A stretch of 64,000 nucleotides of DNA from Sumerlaeia bacterium (GTDB taxonomy: Bacteria > Sumerlaeota > Sumerlaeia > SLMS01 > JAHLLQ01), in contig JAVJSW010000042.1 of the NCBI GenBank assembly GCA_040219255.1, forward strand, positions 128,001 through 192,000, given 5' to 3'. Within the stretch, counting starts at the first letter, position 1; every line of letters begins with the position of its first letter. Under the pieces are notes generated by a model, which saw only the letters and a list, made by a program, of their open reading frames with translations, was not told where the DNA came from and made no database searches. A program made the position numbers and the translations under genes. Below are positions 28,516 through 39,661 of the stretch, piece after piece.

Positions 28516-29922
28516 TCAGTCCCGAACGCGGGCGTTCATCTTCTCGAGGATGCGTTTGTCGAGGGCGGCCTGGATGCTTTCCAGCGCGGCTTCCGGAGTT
28601 TTCTTGCCCGAGAGGACGAGTTGGAACTCGGGGTTGAAGATGTCGCTTTCGAGCGTGCCGTAGAGCGGAATCCGAGGCAGCGCCTCAGCGTGCTTGAGCT
28701 GCTCCATGAACTTGGGCAGGTAGGGGTACTTGCTCATGTCCAGGTCTTCCCAGGCGGACAAGCGGGTCGGGATCTGGCCGAGCGTTTCAGCCCAATAGCG
28801 CTGCTCGACTTCGCCGGTGAAGTATTCGAGAAACTCGTAGGCGATTTCCGGGTGTTCGCAGGTCTTGAAGATGACGCCGGATTGGCCGCCGATATTGGAC
28901 GAGGATTCGGGTTCGATGCCCAGTTCGCGCGCTTCTTTTTCCGGCACGGCGGGAATCAGGGAAATGTCGAAGTCGAGGCCGTTGGCCTCGAACTTCTCGG
29001 TGTTCCAGGGGCCGGTGAAGATCATGGCGTACTTGCGGTTCTGAAAGCCCTGATCCGGGCCGGTGGCGCCCGGTTTCCAGGCGCCGGCTTCCACCTGGCT
29101 GTCGAGAACGAGGCCGGCGAGACGCTCCATGGCGGCGAGTCCGAGGGCACTGTCGACGGTGGGGACGGCGCGGCCGTTGGCTTCGTACTGCACCCATTCG
29201 ACGTTGTACTGATTGAAAACGGGGAATTGGAACCAGAGGCTGCCGGACATGGCATAGCCGTAGATGTCGTCGCCTTCGAGGACCTTGGAGTAGGCGATGA
29301 GTTCGTCCCAATCTTTGGGGGCGCGGTTTGGATCGAGGCCCGCGGCGCGGAGTTCCTGACCCTTGGCGCGGAACATTTCCCGGTTCCAGAAAAGCGCCAG
29401 CGTCGTCGTCTGCACCGGCAGACCGAATTGATGCTGGGTCAGTGGCGAATCGTCGTCGTCACGCATGAAGACGGTGGCCTGATCGAAGGAGGCGTTGACG
29501 AACTCGCTTCGGGCATCCTGGATGGAATCGTAACGCCAGTTGTCGAGTGTATCGAGAGGGACGAGGGTCTGGCCGTAGGTGAGTTCGATGACCTTCTGGG
29601 CGTCCACGAATGCGATGTCCGGGGTCCGGCGGGCCAGGGCGGCGGTTTTCAGCTTGGTGGTCATGTCGTCGAAACTGACGCGTTCGAGGATGATGTCGAG
29701 GGTCTTGCCGGGATTTTCCTCCATCCACTTCTGCTCGAAGCGGTTGGTGATTTCCTCCATCACGGTGACTTCTTCGAATTTGAAGCCCTGCCAGACGACG
29801 AGGGTGATCTTGTTGTCGTCGGCCGCGAGGACATCGGCGCCGCACCCGGCCCCGAGAATGGCCGCGAAAGCGAGAGTGACTGCGAAGAGGAATGGCCGCA
29901 TGGCTCTTGAAACGTCTCCCAT
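28516..29922 (-). CDS. Sugar ABC transporter substrate-binding lipoprotein
   Basis: Lipobox LGAGC, PDIAFVD, LALFWNREMF, PKDWDEL and AMIFTGPW; TAATG overlap with the upstream permease. Confidence 0.9.
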   Translation of the reverse strand: MGDVSRAMRPFLFAVTLAFAAILGAGCGADVLAADDNKITLVVWQGFKFEEVTVMEEITNRFEQKWMEENPGKTLDIILERVSFDDMTTKLKTAALARRTPDIAFVDAQKVIELTYGQTLVPLDTLDNWRYDSIQDARSEFVNASFDQATVFMRDDDDSPLTQHQFGLPVQTTTLALFWNREMFRAKGQELRAAGLDPNRAPKDWDELIAYSKVLEGDDIYGYAMSGSLWFQFPVFNQYNVEWVQYEANGRAVPTVDSALGLAAMERLAGLVLDSQVEAGAWKPGATGPDQGFQNRKYAMIFTGPWNTEKFEANGLDFDISLIPAVPEKEARELGIEPESSSNIGGQSGVIFKTCEHPEIAYEFLEYFTGEVEQRYWAETLGQIPTRLSAWEDLDMSKYPYLPKFMEQLKHAEALPRIPLYGTLESDIFNPEFQLVLSGKKTPEAALESIQAALDKRILEKMNARVRD

Positions 29923-31307
29923 TATTCTTTCACCGCTCCGGCCGTCAGGCCTTCGAGCAAGTATTTCTGCGTAACGATAAACAGCACAGTGATCGGCAGG
30001 ATCGAGAAGCAGGCGCCCGCCATGACACGCTCCCAGTCGGTGCCGTACTGGCCTTTGAAGGCCTGGAGACCGACCGGCAGGGTCGTCACCGGCGATGCGG
30101 GTTGTGTGACAATGAGTTGCCACAGAAAGTTCGACCACTGACCCACGAAGGTCAAAAGGAACAGAGTGACCATGATCGGCATGCACAGCGGAATGACGAT
30201 GTTGCGGAACACGTTCAATTCGGAGGCGCCATCGATCTGGGCCGCGTTGAAGAGGTCCTTGGGGATCTGGCCAACGTATTGTCTCAGGAGGAAGAGACCG
30301 AAGACGTTGGCCACATGGGGCACGATCAGCCCGGGGAAGGTATCGATCCAACCGAGCTTGAGGGTGATGGCGAACTGGGGCACCATGTAGATCATGCCGG
30401 GCACCAGCATGGACGCCAGCAGGCCGGCGAACAGGACATCACGGAAGTGAAACTGCTTCACCGCGAAGGCGTAACCGGCCATGGTGCAGAAGAGAACCGT
30501 CAGCAAGGCCGCCATCGTCGCCACGATGAAGCTGTTGAAGATGTACCGTCCAAAGGGAAAGTCTTTGTTGCCGAGGATCGCGGTGAAATTCTCTAAGGTG
30601 TAGAGGTTGCCGATGGCTTCGCCGAGAGAGTATTCGCGCACGACCTGAAAGGTTTCGACGGCGCCGGGGAACTCGCCGCGGTGGGCTCCGTTTTCGAAGC
30701 GCAGGGCGACCGACTCGCCCTGGGACGAGAGAACGGAGTAGCTTTTTTCTTCGGGCAGGCGAAGCGCGACTTTCGTGGTCTCGCCATCGATACGCGTTTC
30801 GTTGAAGAGGGGGCGATTGGAAGTGAGAGTCGACCCTGGCTCGATCCGCAACATGGAAACGCCGGACTCGTCCTCGGCGGGATTGTCTGGATCGCTGACC
30901 GTATTGGAGTTATTGACGACGAACTGATACGGCAGGAGTCCCGCCTCCACGCCTTCCACTTCGGCGACCCAAAGGCCCTCGACGGTGCGAGACATGACTC
31001 GGCGCGATTCCTCTTCACCGCCGGGACGCAGCAAGAGGGTGACTTCGGTGGCGGCGGCGTCGGTATACTCAAAGACGGCGCTTTGGCCTTCGCCGTCGCG
31101 GCGAACGACCAATTCCTGGTCGAAAACCTCGGACCTTTGGGGCATGAACTGGAGGGTCTGGGCTTTGCCCTGGACCTTGAGCGCGGTGAGGATCATCCAC
31201 ACGAGCGGGAGTTGAACGAAAAGCAGCAAGCCGGTGAGCAGCACGAAGAGGAGAGTCGTGCGCACACGGCGCGTCATGAATGGCTGGGGTTGCCAAGGCT
31301 GGTCCAT
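29922..31307 (-). CDS. Sugar ABC permease (MalG type) with large extracytoplasmic insert including a CBM48-like domain
   Basis: EAA-type loop IPKDLFNAAQIDGAS, QWSNFLWQL, TLPVGL and QKYLLEGLTAGAVKE; about 180-aa insert after TM1. Confidence 0.88.
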   Translation of the reverse strand: MDQPWQPQPFMTRRVRTTLLFVLLTGLLLFVQLPLVWMILTALKVQGKAQTLQFMPQRSEVFDQELVVRRDGEGQSAVFEYTDAAATEVTLLLRPGGEEESRRVMSRTVEGLWVAEVEGVEAGLLPYQFVVNNSNTVSDPDNPAEDESGVSMLRIEPGSTLTSNRPLFNETRIDGETTKVALRLPEEKSYSVLSSQGESVALRFENGAHRGEFPGAVETFQVVREYSLGEAIGNLYTLENFTAILGNKDFPFGRYIFNSFIVATMAALLTVLFCTMAGYAFAVKQFHFRDVLFAGLLASMLVPGMIYMVPQFAITLKLGWIDTFPGLIVPHVANVFGLFLLRQYVGQIPKDLFNAAQIDGASELNVFRNIVIPLCMPIMVTLFLLTFVGQWSNFLWQLIVTQPASPVTTLPVGLQAFKGQYGTDWERVMAGACFSILPITVLFIVTQKYLLEGLTAGAVKE

Positions 31308-31313
31308 GGATAA

Positions 31314-32258
31314 TCAGTCCTTCGGGGCGAGGAACTTGAAGTTGATCACGCTGACAACGAGCGCGATGGCGAGAAGGAAGAAGCTGATAGCGGCCGCCTG
31401 ACCGTAGAACGAGTCGTCGAAGACGCGGTAGAGGTGGTAGCCGGAGACGCGGGCGGCCTGGAGCGTCTGCCCTCCGACGTTCACACCGGGTCCGCCGGTG
31501 TTGTCGGTCATCGAGTAGATTTCGCTGAAGGCGTTGAGCGTGGCCACTAAGCCGGTGATGCTGAGGAACAGGATGATGGGCCGCAGCAGGGGCAGTGTGA
31601 TATGGGTGAGCTGCTGCCATTTCGTGGCGCCATCGACTTCCGCGGCCTCGAAGACCGAGGTGGGAATGTTGTTCAACGCCGTGAGGAAAAGGATCATTCC
31701 GAAGCCGGCGTTCTTGAGCACCATGGCCAGCGCGATGCACGGCAGGGTGAGGTAGGGGTTGCTGAGGAAGCCGTCCTGGACCAGCACGCCGAGGCCGACC
31801 CATTCGAAGATTCTGAGGAAGAGGCCTTCGTTGGGGTTGTAGAGCAGCAGCCAGATGACGCCGACGACATAGATGTCGAAGACGTTCGGCAGGAAGAATC
31901 CGCTGCGGTAGAAGCCGAGGCCCTTCATCTTGCGATTGAGGGTGATCGCGAGAAACAGGGAGAGGATCATGCCCGGAATGATGGTCAGCGTCGCGTAGAC
32001 AAAGGTCAGGAAGATCGACCACCAGAATGGGATGCTGGCGGCGACGTCGGCATAGTTCTGAAGGCCGACGAACTGCATGGTTCCGAAGCGGTCGTACCAG
32101 GAGGAATAGATGTCGGTTCGATGCATCGACAACCACACGGAGTAAACCAGGGGGAAGCCGATGAAGACACCGAAGATCGCGAGGAAGGGAGCGAGGAACG
32201 GCAGCGCCTGAAGATCCTGCTGCAAGGTGATGCGTCCCGCAGACGATTTCTTAGCCAT
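31314..32258 (-). CDS. Sugar ABC permease (MalF type)
   Basis: FLAPFL, FVGLQNY and IPTSVFEAAEVDGATKWQQLTHITLPLLRP. Confidence 0.92.
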   Translation of the reverse strand: MAKKSSAGRITLQQDLQALPFLAPFLAIFGVFIGFPLVYSVWLSMHRTDIYSSWYDRFGTMQFVGLQNYADVAASIPFWWSIFLTFVYATLTIIPGMILSLFLAITLNRKMKGLGFYRSGFFLPNVFDIYVVGVIWLLLYNPNEGLFLRIFEWVGLGVLVQDGFLSNPYLTLPCIALAMVLKNAGFGMILFLTALNNIPTSVFEAAEVDGATKWQQLTHITLPLLRPIILFLSITGLVATLNAFSEIYSMTDNTGGPGVNVGGQTLQAARVSGYHLYRVFDDSFYGQAAAISFFLLAIALVVSVINFKFLAPKD

Positions 32259-32291
32259 GGTATCGAAGAGTCCGGATGGGGTGAAGCGCTC

Positions 32292-35087
32292 TTAGTTGTT
32301 GGTTAGGATGGTGATCACATCGGCGGCGTCAACGACGACATCGTCGTTTGCCATGACATCATCTGTCTGTGTCCGATTTCCGAGCAACACCGCCAGCAAA
32401 TCGTCCAGACTGATGGGCTCGGGCGTTGGCGTCGGTGTGGCCGTGGCGGTTGGCGTCGCCGTCGCGGTCACTGTGGGCGTTACCGTGGCCGTCGGGGTCG
32501 GAGTGACCGTCGAGGTGGGCGTCGGGGAGGGCGTCACCGTCGGCGTCATCGTGGGGGTCGGAGTGGGCGACGGGGTAGGTGTGGGGGTCGGATCGGGCAG
32601 ATCGACTTCGAAATTGAAGGTCGTCACGGAGCGCGTTCCTGTTTCCTCGAAGGCCACGACTGTCACGGTATGGGCGCCGTCTTCCAGGCCGGCTTGCGTA
32701 TAGCGGAAGCGATGGCGGTCGGACTTGTTGGCGCGGTTCGTATCGTTGAGGGGCAGGGTGTCCGGGTCGAAGCCGGGGGGCAGATCGAAGAGGACGTGGG
32801 CGCTGTCGGCGGTGAAGTCGGGGCATTCGAAGACAAAGCCGTACTCGGCCTGTTCGATGGTGCGGGTGCCGCCGACGGACGGAGGGAAGACCAGGTCCAT
32901 GGCGGGGGCGAAGCGATCGACGTAGATGACCTTGCGGAAGGTGCGGAAAATGGGGGGCGTGTCCATTGGCCGGGGCAGGAATGCCACGGCGGAGACGTAA
33001 TTGAGGCCTTCACGGATGCCCGGCCGATTCAGGTCCACTTCGATGGTGTATACGCCATTGCCGCCATTCTGGCGCGGGGCAGAGGTATCGAAGGCGTCGT
33101 AGCCGGTCAGCAGATAATCGCCACCCGCGTTGCCCGGGATGGTCAGGCTGCCGTCTCCGTTCGCGTCGACGTTCATGTTCCAGCGGATGAGGGCGTTGTC
33201 TTCTGGCGGAGCCAGCGCCGATGTTTCGAGCCGGAGTTGGGCCACATCGGCGGTGACGACCTCGACGGGCGAGAGGCGGCGCGCGCCTTCCGGGACGCCT
33301 TCGACCTGAGGATCGGGCGGGAGCACCTGGCTGGCGTTTTGCAGCGTGAACACACCGTCGGGGCGGGGGGGGCCGTAAATCAGGTAGGGCCGGCCGTGGC
33401 CCCCACCGCGCGGGACGCGAAGGGTGATGATGCCGTCGTTGGGGATGGTAATCTGATCGGGCAGTTGATCGGTCGGGTCGACATTCGGATCACTCGCGTT
33501 GCCGGTCAGTTCGACGAGCGTGCGCCCCCGGAACTCCGGACTGGCGACGTTGACGGGCCGCTCCTCGATGCCTTCGTCTCCGCGGTCGCAGAGAAGAACG
33601 AGGCAGCTATTGAAGCGCTCGTACATGATGACGTCGTTGTCTTCCCACATCGAGTCGAAGGGGTTGTTTCGCCCGCCGATGTAGTCGACGTGGATATTGC
33701 CGAGAGTGGTGAGGAGATTGGAGCCGAAGTTGCCGAGGGCGTCGCCGCGGCCGTCGCGGGGGAAGTCGCGGCCATCGCCGAATTCTTTGGCGTTGTAGTA
33801 GATGATCGGATAGCCCGGCCGGGTCAAAATGTAGGCGTAGGCCACGTTGTCCAGCGGCGGAGGACCGCCGATGCCGTCGTGATTCTGGACGAACTGAACG
33901 CCGAGGGTACCGTCGACCGCGCTGCCGTCGTGGCCATCGAAGGAGGCTCCCAGGATGGCGGCGAAGTTGCCGTCCGGGTTGCCGATCTGGCCGGACATGG
34001 AGAAGCCGAGGGGGAAGTCGAGGACGTCGCGGTTGCCGACGCCGTCCTTGCGGACATATTGGGCGAGGGCGCCGAAGTCGCTTTCCACGTTTTCGCCAAA
34101 GGAAAATGCCGTGAAGGGTTGATCGTACCAGTCGCGGGCGATGGGCATGCCGGAGGAGAAACTCTGGCCCGCGAGGGGCCTCAGGCCTGCGACGGTGGGA
34201 TCGTAGATATCGTTGAAGAACCAGGTGGGCGTGTGCTTGACCGCGTCGAGACGGAAGCCGTCGACGCCGATGACCTCGATCAGCCAGGCGGTGTAGCGCA
34301 TCATGTAGTCGTTGACGTTTTCCGGCTGCGGATCGCCGCCCATCGGATTGGTCAGATTGAAGCCGGAGGGGGTGAGGACGTCGCCCGGGGCCGGGTTAAA
34401 ATCGGGATAGAAGCGGCGGTTGTCGGGGTTGACCGGTTCGCCCGGCAGATTCATGGGGTTGTCAGGCTCGGCGGGTTGACGAATGAAGACGTAATTTTTC
34501 TCGTGGGCGATGTCGATGAGGCCGGCGATGCGGCACTCGAGGGGATTCGACTCGCATCCGGGGATGCCGCCGTCGGCGCCGCAGGAGTCTCGGAAATCGC
34601 CGTCGCCATCGAAGTCGTAGAACAGGCGGAAGCCGGGATAGTGGTTCAGATTGTCCAGGCCACATTGGCCCTCGCCGGTGCTTCGGTCGAAGAACCCGTT
34701 ATGATTGTAGACGGTGTCGGCGTAGATGAAGAGCCCGGCGTCGTGGCCGTCCTGAACCATCTGGCGAAAGGAGGTTTCGCTGCCATAGAGGGTGGGGTTG
34801 TCGTCGCGGCCGAGGTCGAAGCGGTCGCGGACGTCGAAGCCGACGCTGAAGTTGCCGGAGTCGGCGCGGGCGATGGGGGGCGTCCAGATGGCGCCGTAGC
34901 CGGCCATGAAGACGTCGGGCATGCGGCGCTCCATCGTTTCCCAGCGGGCCTCGAACCATTGGAGCATGATCCGGCCCTCCGTGGGGCGCGGCGCCGCCAG
35001 GCAGGCGGCGATCGCTCCCGCCGAGGCGAGGGTCCTCAAAGTAGCCGGGCGCCGGGCGCCCACTCGATCTCGATGCCCACTCTTCAT
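32292..35087 (-). CDS. Secreted GH13 alpha-amylase-family protein with Ig-like domains, Pro/Thr linker and dockerin-like C-terminus
   Basis: GH13 regions [22 protein letters not shown] and FVQNHD; signal peptide; (TP)n linker; [15 protein letters not shown] tail. Confidence 0.88.
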   Translation of the reverse strand: MKSGHRDRVGARRPATLRTLASAGAIAACLAAPRPTEGRIMLQWFEARWETMERRMPDVFMAGYGAIWTPPIARADSGNFSVGFDVRDRFDLGRDDNPTLYGSETSFRQMVQDGHDAGLFIYADTVYNHNGFFDRSTGEGQCGLDNLNHYPGFRLFYDFDGDGDFRDSCGADGGIPGCESNPLECRIAGLIDIAHEKNYVFIRQPAEPDNPMNLPGEPVNPDNRRFYPDFNPAPGDVLTPSGFNLTNPMGGDPQPENVNDYMMRYTAWLIEVIGVDGFRLDAVKHTPTWFFNDIYDPTVAGLRPLAGQSFSSGMPIARDWYDQPFTAFSFGENVESDFGALAQYVRKDGVGNRDVLDFPLGFSMSGQIGNPDGNFAAILGASFDGHDGSAVDGTLGVQFVQNHDGIGGPPPLDNVAYAYILTRPGYPIIYYNAKEFGDGRDFPRDGRGDALGNFGSNLLTTLGNIHVDYIGGRNNPFDSMWEDNDVIMYERFNSCLVLLCDRGDEGIEERPVNVASPEFRGRTLVELTGNASDPNVDPTDQLPDQITIPNDGIITLRVPRGGGHGRPYLIYGPPRPDGVFTLQNASQVLPPDPQVEGVPEGARRLSPVEVVTADVAQLRLETSALAPPEDNALIRWNMNVDANGDGSLTIPGNAGGDYLLTGYDAFDTSAPRQNGGNGVYTIEVDLNRPGIREGLNYVSAVAFLPRPMDTPPIFRTFRKVIYVDRFAPAMDLVFPPSVGGTRTIEQAEYGFVFECPDFTADSAHVLFDLPPGFDPDTLPLNDTNRANKSDRHRFRYTQAGLEDGAHTVTVVAFEETGTRSVTTFNFEVDLPDPTPTPTPSPTPTPTMTPTVTPSPTPTSTVTPTPTATVTPTVTATATPTATATPTPTPEPISLDDLLAVLLGNRTQTDDVMANDDVVVDAADVITILTNN
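32415..32598 (-). repeat. Low-complexity Pro/Thr (TP)n linker coding repeat
   Basis: Encodes [45 protein letters not shown]. Confidence 0.9.
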
Positions 35088-35236
35088 CCTGGGTCCACCT
35101 CTGTTCAGCTATCCATCCGGTCCAACACGGAACACAAGACGTGTATGCAAAACAAAGGAGAACGTGTGGTCAACCGTATTCGGATGGATGCGCGAAGGAA
35201 ACGGCCGGCAGGCTGGCATGCCCTTTATTCCAGGCC

Positions 35237-37141
35237 TTATTCGAGGTAGGTGTAGCCTCGGAGACCGGACTCGAAGAAGCGCATGAAAAGGGCCGATTCC
35301 TCGAGAGTGATCTTCGACCCGCGCAGCGCCCGCTCGACGCTCTGGCGGGTTTGCGCCAGCATGGCTTGGGGATCGTAGCCCACGAAGCTGACCACCTCGT
35401 CGACCATGTCGCCCTCGATGACGTGCTCGATGACGATCTGGTTGTCTATGTCGAGAGAGACGTGAACGGTGTTGGTGTCTCCCAGGAGATTGTGCAGGTC
35501 TCCAAGGATTTCCTGGTAGGCTCCGATGAGGAAGACGCCGAGGAGGTACGGCTCGCCTTTGCGGGGGCTGTGCAGTTCGAGCTGGTTTTTGACATCGCGC
35601 AGATCGACGAACTTGTCGATCTTGCCGTCCGAGTCGCAGGTAATATCCGCCAGAACGCCTTTGCGCAGAGGCTTTTCCTCGAGCCGATGAATCGGCATGA
35701 CGGGAAAGAGCTGCTTGATGGCCCAGGAGTCGGGCATCGACTGGAACACGGAGAAGTTGCAGAAGTAGATGTCGGAGACGAGGTTTTCCAGGCCTTCGAG
35801 TTCCTCCGGCGGGTAGTCCTTTTCCTGGAGGATGCGCAGCGTCTTGACGCAGATGGCCCAGAAAGCGGCTTCCGCCTGCGCGCGCTGGCGCAGGTCGAGG
35901 TAGCCGAGGTTGAACAGGTTGGTGCATTCCTCGCGCATCTGAACGGCGTCGTGGTACATTTCGAGGACGTTCTTCGCCGCCATGACCTTGGAGATCTGGA
36001 CGATGTCGCGCAGTGGCTCGGGGGTCTCGTCGTCCACGTGCTCATCCACGGGGAAGCTGTCGAAGGTGCTGACGCCGAGGACATTGAAGACGAGGACGCT
36101 TTGGTAGCTGACGAGAGCCCGGCCCGATTCGGAGAGGATGACCGGGTGGGGGACCTCCGAAGTGTCGCAAACCGACATGACGCGGAAGATGACGTCGTTG
36201 GCGTATTCCTGGAGCGTGTAGTTCATCGAGGAGTCGAAGTTCGTCTGCGACCCATCGTAGTCGATGCCGAGGCCGCCACCCACGTCCAGGACGCCCATGG
36301 GAGCGCCGAGCTGAACCAGCTCGACATACACGCGGGCGGCTTCGGTGAGCATGGATTTGAGGGTGCGGATGTTGGTGATCTGGCTGCCGGCGTGGAAGTG
36401 AAGCAGGCGCAGGCAGTCGAGCATGTCGTGCTCTTCGAGGTACTCGACGGCTTTGAGGATTTCCGGCAGGGTGAGGCCAAATTTGGAGCGCACGCCAGCG
36501 CTGAGTTCCCAGCGCCCGGCGCCGCGGGCCGACAGCTTCACCCGCAGGCCGATCTGTGGGCGCGTGTTGTGGAGCTTGGCGTACTTCACGAGCAAGATCA
36601 GCTCGCTGAACTTCTCGATGATGGGGGTGATGTCCTTGCCCATCTTCCGGGCCAGAACGGTCAACTCGATGAACTCGTCGTCCTTGAAACCGTTGCACAC
36701 GATAGGCATCTGAGCATCGCTGGTCATGGCCAGAACGGCGAGCAGCTCGGGCTTTGAGCCGGCCTCGATGCCGAAACCGAGGGGGCTTCCGAATCGGATG
36801 TATTCTTCCACGACGTGGCGCTGCTGGTTGACCTTGATGGGGTAGATGCAGCGGTATTCGTTCTGGTAGTTGTTCTCGGAGATCGCCCGGTCGAAGGCGC
36901 CCTTCATGTCCTCCAGGCGATGGCGCGTCATGTCGGTGAAGCGCACCAGGATGGGAAGCTGCATGCCGCGGGCCTGAAGCTCATCGACCAGCTTCTTGAG
37001 GTCGATCTGGCGCTCCGGGTCCTTTTCGGGCTGAACGGTCACGTGGCCGGCGGCATTGATGGTGTAGTACTGAGCCCCCCAGTGTCCGATCCCGTAAAGC
37101 TCGGACGAATCCTGAATCTTCCATTTTTCCATTTGGGGCAT
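35237..37141 (-). CDS. speA: Biosynthetic arginine decarboxylase
   Basis: WKIQDSSELYGI, YPIKVNQQ, EAGSKPEL, CNGFKD, HFHAGSQI, DVGGGLG, DITCDSDG and GAYQEILGDLHNL. Confidence 0.96.
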   Translation of the reverse strand: MPQMEKWKIQDSSELYGIGHWGAQYYTINAAGHVTVQPEKDPERQIDLKKLVDELQARGMQLPILVRFTDMTRHRLEDMKGAFDRAISENNYQNEYRCIYPIKVNQQRHVVEEYIRFGSPLGFGIEAGSKPELLAVLAMTSDAQMPIVCNGFKDDEFIELTVLARKMGKDITPIIEKFSELILLVKYAKLHNTRPQIGLRVKLSARGAGRWELSAGVRSKFGLTLPEILKAVEYLEEHDMLDCLRLLHFHAGSQITNIRTLKSMLTEAARVYVELVQLGAPMGVLDVGGGLGIDYDGSQTNFDSSMNYTLQEYANDVIFRVMSVCDTSEVPHPVILSESGRALVSYQSVLVFNVLGVSTFDSFPVDEHVDDETPEPLRDIVQISKVMAAKNVLEMYHDAVQMREECTNLFNLGYLDLRQRAQAEAAFWAICVKTLRILQEKDYPPEELEGLENLVSDIYFCNFSVFQSMPDSWAIKQLFPVMPIHRLEEKPLRKGVLADITCDSDGKIDKFVDLRDVKNQLELHSPRKGEPYLLGVFLIGAYQEILGDLHNLLGDTNTVHVSLDIDNQIVIEHVIEGDMVDEVVSFVGYDPQAMLAQTRQSVERALRGSKITLEESALFMRFFESGLRGYTYLE

Positions 37142-37161
37142 GGTGGACGTGGAAAGGTGAT

Positions 37162-37239
37162 TTACCGCAGGCAACGAATCGAGACTCCTATTCTGGTGAC
37201 GACGTCTAATTTGTGAGGGATCGATGACAAAGGAGGCAT
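37162..37239 (-). CDS. Candidate speA leader peptide (25 aa, MPPLSSIPHKLDVVTRIGVSIRCLR)
   Basis: Perfect SD AGGAGG 8 nt before ATG; stop 20 nt upstream of the speA ATG; below the ORF-track length cutoff. Confidence 0.45.
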   Translation of the reverse strand: MPPLSSIPHKLDVVTRIGVSIRCLR

Positions 37240-37405
37240 CGGTTGTGCCTCCTCCGCCGCGAAACGTGCAATGGAAGCAAAAAGCGCGATAGGTCAAGGC
37301 CTTCCTTGGTTATGGCGGAAAACAATCTCCCCCTAACCGAGGCGGACCGAACCTTGCTCCTCGCGATAGGCAACCCGATCCCGCCGGAAAGGCTCTCCCG
37401 CCCCC

Positions 37406-39583
<2,178 letters not shown>

Positions 39584-39661
39584 GTTGCGCCGGGCGGTCC
39601 ATTGGCACGAGCCTTTCTTACCTTAACGCTCTATTCAGCCAATTTTCCAGGATCCGTCCTT

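Noticed and set aside
28516-30351. 611-aa ORF suggesting an N-terminally extended or fused binding protein
   Set aside because: The first 143 codons overlap the malG gene in another frame; the real start is about 29922, just before the lipoprotein signal.
32296-32703. Gly/Val-repeat ORF (VGVGVAV..) and apparent DNA repeat array
   Set aside because: Antisense reading of the Pro/Thr linker; no repeat-spacer structure, so not a CRISPR.
39603-39618. Sigma54-like site TGGCACGAGCCTTTCT upstream of htrA
   Set aside because: The -24 box is perfect but the essential -12 GC reads TC; not supportable without a TSS.
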